Assembly (NCBI GenBank): GCA_902597795.1
Contig: CACJZA010000004.1
Coordinates: forward strand, 26,409-90,408
DNA from: an uncultured Alphaproteobacteria bacterium
Lineage (GTDB): Bacteria > Pseudomonadota > Alphaproteobacteria > HIMB59 > GCA-002718135
Length of the DNA: 64,000 nt
Reading direction: 5' to 3'
Numbering within the stretch: the stretch's first letter is position 1; each line of letters begins with the position of its first letter. Both the position numbers and the translations under genes were made by a program. This document shows, piece after piece, positions 55,613-64,000 of this stretch. Below the pieces are notes generated by a model. It was not told the DNA's origin. It saw only the letters and a program-made list of their open reading frames with translations, and made no database searches.

Positions 55613-56851
55613 ATGTTTTATGATGTAGATACAAAAAATATTGATAAACTTGCACATCTATCTATTAAAAGAGGAGTTGCACTTCAAAAAGGTCAAAACC
55701 TTTTAATAACAGCACCGTTAGAGTCATTACCGTTGGTTAGAAAAATAGCTGAACACGCTTACAAAGAAGGGGCCGGACTTGTAACCCCACTTTTCAATGA
55801 TTCTGATATTACATTGTCCCGATTTAAGTATGGAAATGATGAATCTTTCAATATTGCAGCAAATTGGCTTTATAATGGGATGGGTGAAGCTTTTGATAAC
55901 AATACAGCTAGAATGGCTATTGCTGGTGATGATCCCATGCTATTATCTGAAATTGATCCTGATAAAGTTTCTCGTGCAAATAAAGCTAATGCTGTTGCAT
56001 ACAAACCAGCAAGAGAAAGAATCACTGAATTTAAAATTAATTGGAATATAATTTCTTGGCCAGGAAAAGCATGGGCTAAAAGAGTCTTTCCAGATCTTGA
56101 TGATAGTGAAGCAATTAAAAAATTAGGAGATGCAATATTTCATGCTTCAAGAGTTATCAATGATGATCCTGTAGCTGAATGGGATCAACATAATAAAAAT
56201 TTAAGAGATAAAACAGATTGGTTAAATGCTAAAAATTTTCATTCTTTAAAATACTCTGGTCCTGGAACATCTTTAACTGTAGGTCTTGCTGATGACCATG
56301 AATGGATGGGCGGCGCTTCTGAAGCCCAAAATGGTATCATTTGTAATCCAAATATTCCATCCGAAGAAGTATTCACAACTCCTCATGCTAGTCGTGTAAG
56401 TGGTGAAGTTTGTTCAACTAAACCTCTGTCTTATCAAGGAACACTAATTGAAAATATTAACGTTCGCTTTGAAGATGGTAAAATTGTTGATGCAAAATCT
56501 TCTAAAGGACAAGATGTTTTATTAAAAGTTCTTGATTCAGATGAAGGTTCAAGAAGACTTGGTGAAGTAGCCTTGGTTCCTAATAGTTCACCGATTTCAC
56601 AATTAGGAATAACTTTTTATAACACTCTATTTGATGAAAATGCTGCTTCTCATATTGCTTTAGGACAGTGTTACTCAAAATGTTTCAAATCCAAAAAAGA
56701 CTTATCGAAAGATGAAATTACTCAAAGAGGTGGTAATTCAAGTATGATACACATTGACTGGATGATTGGCTCAGGCAAAATTGATGTTGACGGTGTTGAT
56801 AAGGATGGTGTTGTAACGCCTATATTTAAACAAGGAGAATGGTGTAATTAA
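55613..56851 (+). CDS. aminopeptidase, M29 (AmpS/PepS, aminopeptidase T) family
   Basis: 412 aa. The blocks EEVFTTP, GEVALVP, FYNTLFDENAASHIALG and HIDWMIG match the M29 family. Confidence 0.85.
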   Translation: MFYDVDTKNIDKLAHLSIKRGVALQKGQNLLITAPLESLPLVRKIAEHAYKEGAGLVTPLFNDSDITLSRFKYGNDESFNIAANWLYNGMGEAFDNNTARMAIAGDDPMLLSEIDPDKVSRANKANAVAYKPARERITEFKINWNIISWPGKAWAKRVFPDLDDSEAIKKLGDAIFHASRVINDDPVAEWDQHNKNLRDKTDWLNAKNFHSLKYSGPGTSLTVGLADDHEWMGGASEAQNGIICNPNIPSEEVFTTPHASRVSGEVCSTKPLSYQGTLIENINVRFEDGKIVDAKSSKGQDVLLKVLDSDEGSRRLGEVALVPNSSPISQLGITFYNTLFDENAASHIALGQCYSKCFKSKKDLSKDEITQRGGNSSMIHIDWMIGSGKIDVDGVDKDGVVTPIFKQGEWCN

Positions 56852-56856
56852 TTCTA

Positions 56857-56979
56857 CTATTGTTTTAAATAAGGTCCAAAGCTAAGATCTAAACCTACAC
56901 CAACTCTTGCTAATGAATAAATAATAACTAAGAAAAAAATTACTATAATTAAGTTTCGTATAATCTTTTTTTCATCCAT
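56857..56979 (-). CDS. possible 40-aa single-pass membrane protein
   Basis: Hand translation gives MDEKKIIRNLIIVIFFLVIIYSLARVGVGLDLSFGPYLKQ. The ATG is 5 nt downstream of the MFS transporter stop, and the ORF fills the spacer up to the convergent aminopeptidase gene. It is too short for the ORF track. Confidence 0.3.
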   Translation of the reverse strand: MDEKKIIRNLIIVIFFLVIIYSLARVGVGLDLSFGPYLKQ

Positions 56980-56983
56980 AAAA

Positions 56984-58237
56984 TTATGCTGTTTGTATAT
57001 TTGTATTAGATAATGGTTTTTCTCTAATTGGTAAATGGATTATTGCAGAAAAGGCACCTACTCCTATGCCAACCCACCATACAATATCATAACTTCCATA
57101 GATATCATAAAACAGACCACCTAACCAAACACCTACAAAAGATCCTAGCTGATGAGAAAAAAATACAATGCCATACAATGTACCCATAAATTTTAATCCA
57201 TAAATATGACCTATAATTCCAGAAGTTAAAGGAACTGTTGCTAACCATAAAGCACCCATAACTATTGAAAATATTGCAATAGATGTTGGTGTAATAGGTA
57301 GTAAGATAAATAAAATTGCCGCAATAGTCCTTCCAGTATAAATTAAAGATAAAAGATATTTCTTATAATGCCCCTTTCCTAAGGCTCCAGCAATTAAACA
57401 ACCAATTATGTTAAATAATCCTATAAGAGCCATAGATAATGCCCCTAAACCTTCTACAGAACCACAAACCAAACTTATCAAACTTCCTTCTATAATTGGA
57501 CTACTAGATTCAACAATAAATGCTGGAAAATGTGCAGTAATAAATGCTAACTGAAAACCGCAAGAAAAAAAACCAAAGAACAACATTGAGTATGTTGGAT
57601 CTTTTAATGCAACAAATACAGCATCAGTAATTTTTTCATTTTCATTATTAATATTTGTATTTGATAATTCTGTTTTTAAAATTGGAACAAGTATCAGTGT
57701 TATTAATAATATAATTGAAAAGATTTCAAACACTGAAGACCAAGGCAAAAATGATAATAGAATAGAAGCAAGTGGTGGACCAACCACTTGTCCAGCCGAT
57801 CCTGCAGCAGTTGTAATACCTAGTGCTAAAGATCTTTTTTCTGGAGATGTGGCTCTTCCAACTACTGCTAAAATTGGACCAAAACCACTACCAGCTATAC
57901 CAAAACCAATTAATAGGTTTAAAGTTTGATGCGCCTCTGGAGTTGTAGCAGTACTACTTATGAAAATTCCAATTGCATAAAGAATTAAGCCTAGCGCTAT
58001 TGCTTTTCTATCACCATATTTTTCGGCAAAAGCACTAAATAGTGGAGTGCCTACCCCCCAAGCTAAATTTTGAATAGCAATGGCAAGAGAAAATTCTGAA
58101 CGGTTCCATAAAAAATCAGACGCAATTGGAATTTGAAATAGGCCAAATGTTGAACGAATTGCAAAACTTATTAAAAGAATTAAACTTCCTCCAATTAGAA
58201 TAGGAGTAAATACAGAATTAATTCTCTCATCTTTCAT
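56984..58237 (-). CDS. major facilitator superfamily transporter
   Basis: 417 aa with about 12 hydrophobic helices and a central loop. The FAEKYGDRKAIAL loop motif lies between TM2 and TM3. Confidence 0.8.
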   Translation of the reverse strand: MKDERINSVFTPILIGGSLILLISFAIRSTFGLFQIPIASDFLWNRSEFSLAIAIQNLAWGVGTPLFSAFAEKYGDRKAIALGLILYAIGIFISSTATTPEAHQTLNLLIGFGIAGSGFGPILAVVGRATSPEKRSLALGITTAAGSAGQVVGPPLASILLSFLPWSSVFEIFSIILLITLILVPILKTELSNTNINNENEKITDAVFVALKDPTYSMLFFGFFSCGFQLAFITAHFPAFIVESSSPIIEGSLISLVCGSVEGLGALSMALIGLFNIIGCLIAGALGKGHYKKYLLSLIYTGRTIAAILFILLPITPTSIAIFSIVMGALWLATVPLTSGIIGHIYGLKFMGTLYGIVFFSHQLGSFVGVWLGGLFYDIYGSYDIVWWVGIGVGAFSAIIHLPIREKPLSNTNIQTA

Positions 58238-58287
58238 ATTTAATTAGATAACAGGAAGAATTTTTATTTCTAGAATTTTTATAATTA

Positions 58288-58758
58288 TTAGACCGTATTA
58301 TTTAATTCTGTCTTTTCGTTTTCTTCTTTTTCAGGAACAACATACGCAACAGCACAATGATCTAAACAATAGGGCTTATCTTCAAACCTATCTTTGCCAC
58401 AAAAACGAAAGTCTGCTTCATCAGGATGACCTTCAGGCCATTCACAACCTCTCTTTGGAGCTGCAGTGAATATATTTTTAACAACCGGTTGGAAAACAGC
58501 AGGCTCTTTAGAGACAATCTCTGGTTCTTTGGTGCTTTCAAAATTTAATTTTGGCATTACTGGAGATCTAGCTTTTTTCCGATCAGGTTTAACAGCTGTT
58601 CTTCTTATAGGTGATGGTCTTCTCTCGAGTCCAATTCTATGAGCTTTTCCAACCACTGCGTTTTTGGTGAAACCTAATAATTTTCCAATTTGAGCTGTAG
58701 GTAGGCCTTGGTCCCATAAATCTCTAAGTTTTGCTACATTATTATCATCCCAAGGCAT
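58288..58758 (-). CDS. gcrA: cell-cycle transcriptional regulator GcrA
   Basis: The ORF track starts at a TTG at 58764. I prefer the ATG at 58758, which has GGAG about 8 nt upstream. MPWDDNNVAKLRDLWDQGLPTAQIGKLLGFTKNAVVGKAHRIGL and C-terminal CEWPEG ... FCG ... PYCLDHCAVAY are GcrA signatures. Confidence 0.85.
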   Translation of the reverse strand: MPWDDNNVAKLRDLWDQGLPTAQIGKLLGFTKNAVVGKAHRIGLERRPSPIRRTAVKPDRKKARSPVMPKLNFESTKEPEIVSKEPAVFQPVVKNIFTAAPKRGCEWPEGHPDEADFRFCGKDRFEDKPYCLDHCAVAYVVPEKEENEKTELNNTV

Positions 58759-58896
58759 AATCAAACTCCATTACTACATTTAGTAGCTTAAAAAAGGTTT
58801 AATATACTAAATATATGTATTAAAAAAGATAAAACTGCAAATTTTTAAAAAAAATCAATGATTTCCAGCATTTTTTTTATATACATGTGAATAGAA

Positions 58897-60099
58897 ATGA
58901 AAGAATTAAGAGATCTAGATTGTAAAAATAAAAAAATAATTGTTCGAGTTGATTTAAACGTACCGGTTTTGGAAGGGACAATTACAGATCATTCAAGAAT
59001 TCAAGCTATTTTACCAACACTGGAAAAACTAATTAAAAATAAAAATAAGATATTCTTAATTGCTCATTTTGGCCGACCTAAAGGTCAAGTTAATAAAACA
59101 TATTCCATTGAGTTTTTATGTTCAGAATTAAAAAAATTTTTAAATTTAAACACAATTCATTTTTTAGCTAACTGTGAAACAAAAATAATTGAAACAAAAA
59201 TTGCTGAAATGGACATGGGGGAAATTTGTCTATTAGAAAATATTCGTTTTAATGCTGAAGAAGAAAAAAATGATCTTAATTTTTCAAAAGTATTAGCTTC
59301 TAGTTTTGACATATATATTAATGACGCGTTCTCTGCATCTCATCGTAATCATGCATCTATAGTAGGTATTACTAAATACTTACCTTCATACGCTGGATTA
59401 AGTTTCTCAAAAGAAATTGAAAATTTAGATAAATTTTTAGAAAATTCAAATAAACCAAATTTAGCAATTATAGGTGGTTCAAAGGTCTCAACAAAAATAA
59501 AAGTTTTAGAAAATATAGTTGAAATTTTTGACTCTTTAGTGATTGGTGGTGCAATGGCTAATACTTTTTTGCTATCAAATAATTACAATGTTGGCTCTTC
59601 TCTGGTAGAAAATGATTTTATTGAACTTTCAAAAAAGATACAAAAAAAAGCAGAATCAAAAAATTGCAAAATACTTTTACCAATTGATGCTGTGTGCTCA
59701 AAAACAATAGAAGATAGAGTAAATGTTAAGACTTATTCAATCAATAATATTCCAAATGACCAAATGATACTAGATGTTGGTGAACAAACAACAAAACTAA
59801 TTTCAGATGAAATATTAAAATCTAATTCAATTTTATGGAATGGGCCTTTAGGCGCATTTGAGTATAGTCCATTTGATAAAAGTACAATTTCAGTTGCAAA
59901 TATTATACAAAATTATTCAAGTAAATCTCAATTAGATGCTCTAGCAGGAGGAGGAGATACACTTGCAGCAATAAAAAAAGCTAAAGCCAATGATGCATTT
60001 AAATATTTATCTACAGCTGGAGGTGCATTTTTAGAGTGGCTTGAGGGAAATAAATCACCAGGATTTATAGCATTAAGAGAAAACAATTTTTTAACTTAA
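58897..60099 (+). CDS. pgk: phosphoglycerate kinase
   Basis: 400 aa. RVDLNVP, HFGRPKG, ENIRF, GGSKVSTKI and GGGDT blocks. Confidence 0.95.
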   Translation: MKELRDLDCKNKKIIVRVDLNVPVLEGTITDHSRIQAILPTLEKLIKNKNKIFLIAHFGRPKGQVNKTYSIEFLCSELKKFLNLNTIHFLANCETKIIETKIAEMDMGEICLLENIRFNAEEEKNDLNFSKVLASSFDIYINDAFSASHRNHASIVGITKYLPSYAGLSFSKEIENLDKFLENSNKPNLAIIGGSKVSTKIKVLENIVEIFDSLVIGGAMANTFLLSNNYNVGSSLVENDFIELSKKIQKKAESKNCKILLPIDAVCSKTIEDRVNVKTYSINNIPNDQMILDVGEQTTKLISDEILKSNSILWNGPLGAFEYSPFDKSTISVANIIQNYSSKSQLDALAGGGDTLAAIKKAKANDAFKYLSTAGGAFLEWLEGNKSPGFIALRENNFLT

Positions 60100-60635
60100 T
60101 CTTCAATTTGATATTTTTTAATTAAAGGGAATTGTGTCATCGTAAAAATAAACGTAATTGGCAAGATACCAAAAACTTTAAAATTTACCCAAACATCAGT
60201 ACTTTGTGTTCTCCAAACAATTTCATTTAACACAGCAAGTGCAACAAAAAAAGCAATCCACCTTTGAGTTAATATTCTCCATCCATCTTCTTCCAGTTTA
60301 AGTGCAGCACCTAAAAGATATTTTAAAAGAGGTTTTTTAACAATCACTCCTCCATATAAAATTAATGCGAAGACCATATTTATTATTGTTGGTTTCATTT
60401 TAATAAAAATTTCATTGTCAAAATAAATTGTAAGACCTCCAAATATTAATACTATCGCAGCCCCAAGAGTTGGCATAATTGGTATTTTTTTCTCAAGTAT
60501 ATATGAGATAATTACTGAAATTACAGTTGCAATCATAAGAGGAAGTATTGCTTCTTGAAGACCACTTCTTGTATAAAAAATAAAGAATACAGCAAGCGGT
60601 CCTATATCAATTAATAATTTATAAACTGACTTCAT
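60096..60635 (-). CDS. yciB: intracellular septation protein A (YciB/IspZ family)
   Basis: 179 aa with five hydrophobic segments. The LLIDIGPLAVFFI start and W..FKVFG block are typical of YciB. Confidence 0.75.
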   Translation of the reverse strand: MKSVYKLLIDIGPLAVFFIFYTRSGLQEAILPLMIATVISVIISYILEKKIPIMPTLGAAIVLIFGGLTIYFDNEIFIKMKPTIINMVFALILYGGVIVKKPLLKYLLGAALKLEEDGWRILTQRWIAFFVALAVLNEIVWRTQSTDVWVNFKVFGILPITFIFTMTQFPLIKKYQIED

Positions 60636-61552
60636 TTTTGTTCTTCTAGATTTAAAATAGACCTAGCAAAGTTTTGAGAATTAAAGCTAACAAGGTCCTC
60701 AATACTTTCTCCAAGACCAACATAACTTATAGGGATTTCAAATTTATTTGCAATTGAAATTAATGCTCCACCTTTTGCTGTTCCATCCAATTTAGTTATT
60801 ATAAGACTTGATACATTAAGTTCATTTCCAAAGATTTCCACTTGCTTAATCATGTTCGAACCATTCGTTCCATCTAAAACTAACACAGTTTCAATATTAA
60901 AAGAGGAATTAACTTTTGAGATAACATTCTTCAATTTAATTAGCTGATTAATGAGGTTAGTATTATTTGATAATCTTCCAGCAGTATCTATAAGTAAAAA
61001 ATCATAATTTTCTTTTCCAAATTTTTCAGTTGCCTGATACGCTACGCTTGCTGGATCTTGATTACTTTTTCCAGCGATAAAACCATTATTATTTTTTTTT
61101 GCCCAATTTTCCAACTGCTCAACAGCTGCTGCCCTAAATGTATCACAAGCCGCAATCAGAATTTTTTTATTTGATAAAATTTTATTTGCAATTTTTCCAA
61201 TAGTGGTTGTCTTTCCACTTCCGTTTACTCCAACAAATAATAATATTTTTTTTTCATCATTTTTTTCATTTATCAGAACATGTTCTCTTGGAAGTAATAT
61301 ACTTTCTATATTTTGAGCTAAGATTTCTAGTACATTTTTTATTCCATCATTATTTGAAATTTTTATTTTTTTTATGGAATCTATTAGCAGATTTACAACA
61401 TCCAAACTAATATCAGATGAAATAAGAACATTTTCTAATTCTTCTAAAGTTAAATCGTCTATTTTTTTGTTTTTTAAAATCTCTACAATATTAAAAGAAA
61501 GTATATTTGAAGTTTTACTTAACTTATCTTTAAATATTGAGAACAAACTCAT
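60632..61552 (-). CDS. ftsY: signal recognition particle receptor FtsY (short form, NG domain only)
   Basis: 306 aa. GVNGSGKTTTIGK, DTFRAAA, DTAGR and TKLDGTAKGG GTPase motifs. Confidence 0.9.
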   Translation of the reverse strand: MSLFSIFKDKLSKTSNILSFNIVEILKNKKIDDLTLEELENVLISSDISLDVVNLLIDSIKKIKISNNDGIKNVLEILAQNIESILLPREHVLINEKNDEKKILLFVGVNGSGKTTTIGKIANKILSNKKILIAACDTFRAAAVEQLENWAKKNNNGFIAGKSNQDPASVAYQATEKFGKENYDFLLIDTAGRLSNNTNLINQLIKLKNVISKVNSSFNIETVLVLDGTNGSNMIKQVEIFGNELNVSSLIITKLDGTAKGGALISIANKFEIPISYVGLGESIEDLVSFNSQNFARSILNLEEQK

Positions 61553-62808
61553 GCTATTCTTGCTAATAACGTATCATTTTCTACGCCTGTGTATATACAG
61601 GAAATTATATTTCCCTCTTTAAACTCTTCTTCAAGTTTTACTTTTAAAAAATGCTGATCTTTTCCAAGTGAAAAATTTTCTTTTCTACTTTCAATTAAAA
61701 TTTGCTCCTTCTTTCCAATATTTTTTTTTAAATGTTGTTTTAATTTTTCAATACCTTTTTCTCTAAGTCTTCTTGCTCTATCTTTGATAATATTTTTTTG
61801 AACTTGAGGCATTCTAGATGCAGGAGTGTTTTCTCTTGGTGAATAAGGAAAAATATGAAGATGAGTTAAATTACACTCATCAACTAAATTAATTGAATCT
61901 TGAAACATTGTTTCTGTCTCTGTTGGAAAACCGGCAATTATATCAGCACCAAATGTTGCATCTTTCCTAATAGATAAAACTTTCTTACAAAAATTAATTG
62001 CCATTTCCCTTGAATGTCTTCTTTTCATTCTTTTCAAAATTAAATTGTTTCCAGCTTGTAAACTTATATGAAAATGAGGCATCAATCTTTCGTCCTTTAA
62101 AACATCCCAAAAATCTTTGTCTATTTCAGCGCAGTCAATTGAAGACAAACGCAGCTGTCTTAATTCAGGTACTAATTTTAGAATTCTTTTAATTAAGTTA
62201 GAAAAAGTCGGTTTTGCTGGAAGATCTTTTCCATAATCAGTTATATCTACTCCTGTTAAGACTACTTCATTATATCCATTGTTAACAATTTTTTTTATTT
62301 TATTAACTATCTCTCCAGCAGGTACACTTCTATTATTGCCCCTGCCAAATGGAATAATACAAAAAGTACAGCGATGGTTACAACCTTGTTGTATTTCAAT
62401 ATAAGCTCTCGATTTTCCTTCAAATTTTTCAATTGAATTAGGTACTGTTTTACTTTCTTCTAATATATTTCCTACTTTAAGATTTTTAGACTGATCGATA
62501 TTTTTCCATGTTAAAGTTTCTAATTTTTCTGTGTTCCCAATAACTGAGTCTACTTCTTTTAAATCTTTATATTTTAATGGATTGATTTGAGCCGCACATC
62601 CTGTAACTACTATTCTATTATTAGGAAAATTTTTTTTTGCCTTTCTAATTTCATAAGAAACTTTTTTCTCAGCTTCTTCAGTTACTGCACATGAATTTAT
62701 GACTGTAACATTATTTAAATTATTTGTTTTAAGATGGTTTTTAATAATCTCACCTTCATAAATATTCAATCTACAACCTAGATTGACTACGTAGTTTTTA
62801 TTTTTCAT
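61549..62808 (-). CDS. mtaB: radical SAM methylthiotransferase, MiaB-like (MtaB type)
   Basis: 419 aa. N-terminal UPF0004 cysteines (GCRLN, NSCAVT, GC), radical SAM CNHRCTFCIIP, and a C-terminal TRAM-like domain. Confidence 0.8.
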   Translation of the reverse strand: MKNKNYVVNLGCRLNIYEGEIIKNHLKTNNLNNVTVINSCAVTEEAEKKVSYEIRKAKKNFPNNRIVVTGCAAQINPLKYKDLKEVDSVIGNTEKLETLTWKNIDQSKNLKVGNILEESKTVPNSIEKFEGKSRAYIEIQQGCNHRCTFCIIPFGRGNNRSVPAGEIVNKIKKIVNNGYNEVVLTGVDITDYGKDLPAKPTFSNLIKRILKLVPELRQLRLSSIDCAEIDKDFWDVLKDERLMPHFHISLQAGNNLILKRMKRRHSREMAINFCKKVLSIRKDATFGADIIAGFPTETETMFQDSINLVDECNLTHLHIFPYSPRENTPASRMPQVQKNIIKDRARRLREKGIEKLKQHLKKNIGKKEQILIESRKENFSLGKDQHFLKVKLEEEFKEGNIISCIYTGVENDTLLARIA

Positions 62809-62811
62809 AAA

Positions 62812-63630
62812 TTATATTTCTAAACTACCTCGATAACTTATTTCTGCAGGTCCTGTCATAATAGATTCATTATTAACTATATTTATGTGCAGTGATCCTT
62901 TTTCAAGTTTCACTTCAGCGTTATTTTCAATTAATCCTTTTTTCCACGCCGCATATACAGCCGCACAGGCACCACTACCACAAGCTAAAGTGATTCCAAC
63001 TCCACGTTCCCAAACTCTCATTTCAATTAAATTTGAATTAATAACTTCAACTATTTCAACATTAGTTTTTTTTGGAAAGAGCTCATGACTTTCTATTTTA
63101 GGACCTATACTTTCAAGATCTGTATCTTTGATCGATTTCCCAAAAAAAACTACATGTGGATTACCTACATTAACAGCAACCCCATTACTATATCCATCAA
63201 TTGAAATTGGTATATTCATTGTATCGACTTCTTTACTTAAAGGAATTTTATCCCAAGTATTTTTTATTAAACCCATGTTGACACTTATATCGTTATCTAT
63301 TTTTTTTGATTCTAATATACCTGCATCAGATTGAATTTTTAAAATCTCTTTATTTGAATCTTCATCAAATAGTATTTTTGCCACACAGCGTGTTCCATTA
63401 CCACAAGCTTCGGCTCTATCACCACCAGGATTAAATATTTCAATTTCAGCATCAGCACTTTGATTACTTGTATTATTAATTGTGATTAATTGATCACATC
63501 CAGCTCCAGTTCTTCTGTCACTGAGTCTTTTAATAATATCTTCAGTAATTGCGATATTGTTCGACCTTTTATCTATGATAACAAAATCGTTCCCAAGCCC
63601 ATGCATCTTTATAAAGTCTACTTTTTGCAT
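62812..63630 (-). CDS. dapF: diaminopimelate epimerase
   Basis: 272 aa. MHGLGNDFV, FNPGGDRAEACGNGTRC and ERGVGITLACGSGACA (the two catalytic Cys blocks). Confidence 0.9.
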   Translation of the reverse strand: MQKVDFIKMHGLGNDFVIIDKRSNNIAITEDIIKRLSDRRTGAGCDQLITINNTSNQSADAEIEIFNPGGDRAEACGNGTRCVAKILFDEDSNKEILKIQSDAGILESKKIDNDISVNMGLIKNTWDKIPLSKEVDTMNIPISIDGYSNGVAVNVGNPHVVFFGKSIKDTDLESIGPKIESHELFPKKTNVEIVEVINSNLIEMRVWERGVGITLACGSGACAAVYAAWKKGLIENNAEVKLEKGSLHINIVNNESIMTGPAEISYRGSLEI

Positions 63631-63827
63631 ATTTGTTTTATAACCTAATTTATCGATAAATCTCAGTAAATATGGGAAATTTAAGAATACTTGACTTTCA
63701 ATTATTCAGCTAATAGAGCGTCACGAACAAATCCTATATTTGTAAACGAATTGAGCTTGTTACAATTGTGATAGGTACTCTAGCCCACGAGTTTCGTGCC
63801 CTGGAGTTAAAAGGTTATTGGAGATTT

Positions 63828-64000
63828 ATGTTTGATACACTGAACACAAAATTTGAAAAAATTGTTCAAAGTATTCGGGGTAAGGCTGTTATATCAGAAA
63901 CAGATCTTGAAATTACATTACGTGAAATTAGAATTGCTCTCTTAGAGGCAGATGTTTCCTTAGTTGTAGTAAAAGAATTTATAAATTCCATCAAGTCAAA
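63828..64000 (+). CDS. ffh: signal recognition particle protein Ffh, N-terminal fragment (continues beyond window)
   Basis: Hand translation from the ATG at 63828 gives MFDTLNTKFEKIVQSIRGKAVISETDLEITLREIRIALLEADVSLVVVKEF, the canonical Ffh N-domain start. GGAG lies 4 nt upstream of the ATG. Confidence 0.85.
   Translation, partial: MFDTLNTKFEKIVQSIRGKAVISETDLEITLREIRIALLEADVSLVVVKEFINSIKS

Noticed and set aside
58788-58802. TTAA-N7-TTAA (TTAAAAAAGGTTTAA), a CtrA-box-like motif about 30 nt upstream of gcrA
   Set aside because: It is attractive because CtrA regulates gcrA in Caulobacter. However, in DNA this AT-rich the pattern is expected frequently by chance. I also cannot establish from this window that the organism has CtrA. 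It would need genome-wide motif enrichment analysis.
63631-63827. Possibility that the structured spacer next to ffh encodes the SRP (4.5S) RNA
   Set aside because: I could not find the conserved domain IV sequence (the GGAA tetraloop-closed helix with symmetric and asymmetric loops, AGCAGC/GGUGCUG-type arms). It is retained only as an unclassified structured-region finding.

Overview
Visibly AT-rich (roughly 30% G+C by eye, not computed), very gene-dense alphaproteobacterial chromosome segment. Many neighbouring genes share or overlap stop and start codons. Gene content (gcrA, rpoH, chrR-rpoE, carD-fdxA, a HemX/Mic60-like plus HemY-like pair, a complete ccm operon, a blh fragment) and genome style fit a SAR11/Pelagibacterales-type genome; this is inference, since no database search was possible. 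From about 11.3 kb to 64 kb the window is ordinary core metabolism and housekeeping: purH, rsmB, tdk, acs, tsaD, argG, folD, ccmABCDEFGH, acnA, a Suv3/MgpS-like helicase, fdxA, carD, rpoH, dusA, panB, dxs, pgk, ftsY, mtaB, dapF and the ffh start. The accessory part is 0.6-11.1 kb, directly downstream of tRNA-Gly(GCC). It holds twelve mostly monocistronic genes on alternating strands with unusually long spacers. They encode almost only tailoring enzymes: three FkbM methyltransferases, two other SAM methyltransferases, a sulfotransferase, an AsnB-type amidotransferase, and four Fe(II)/2OG oxygenase-like proteins, three of which are paralogs of an uncharacterised family. No backbone-building or export genes are visible. 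This island, together with a decayed tRNA 3'-end copy next to it, is my best candidate for an undescribed system. Other points worth a second look: purH split exactly at its domain boundary; a 59-aa protein that is about two-thirds lysine, encoded by tandem 24-27 nt repeats, behind a leader with a perfect 20-bp palindrome and an anti-SD-like hairpin; a ChrR anti-sigma factor lacking the zinc ligands; a catalytically degenerate phosphoesterase homolog between carD and rpoH; tandem TPR plus GT9-like paralogs; and small unannotated ORFs, including ccmD. No CRISPR array, integrase, transposase, prophage or rRNA gene was seen. Functional calls rest on motifs read from the supplied translations and on remembered family knowledge.
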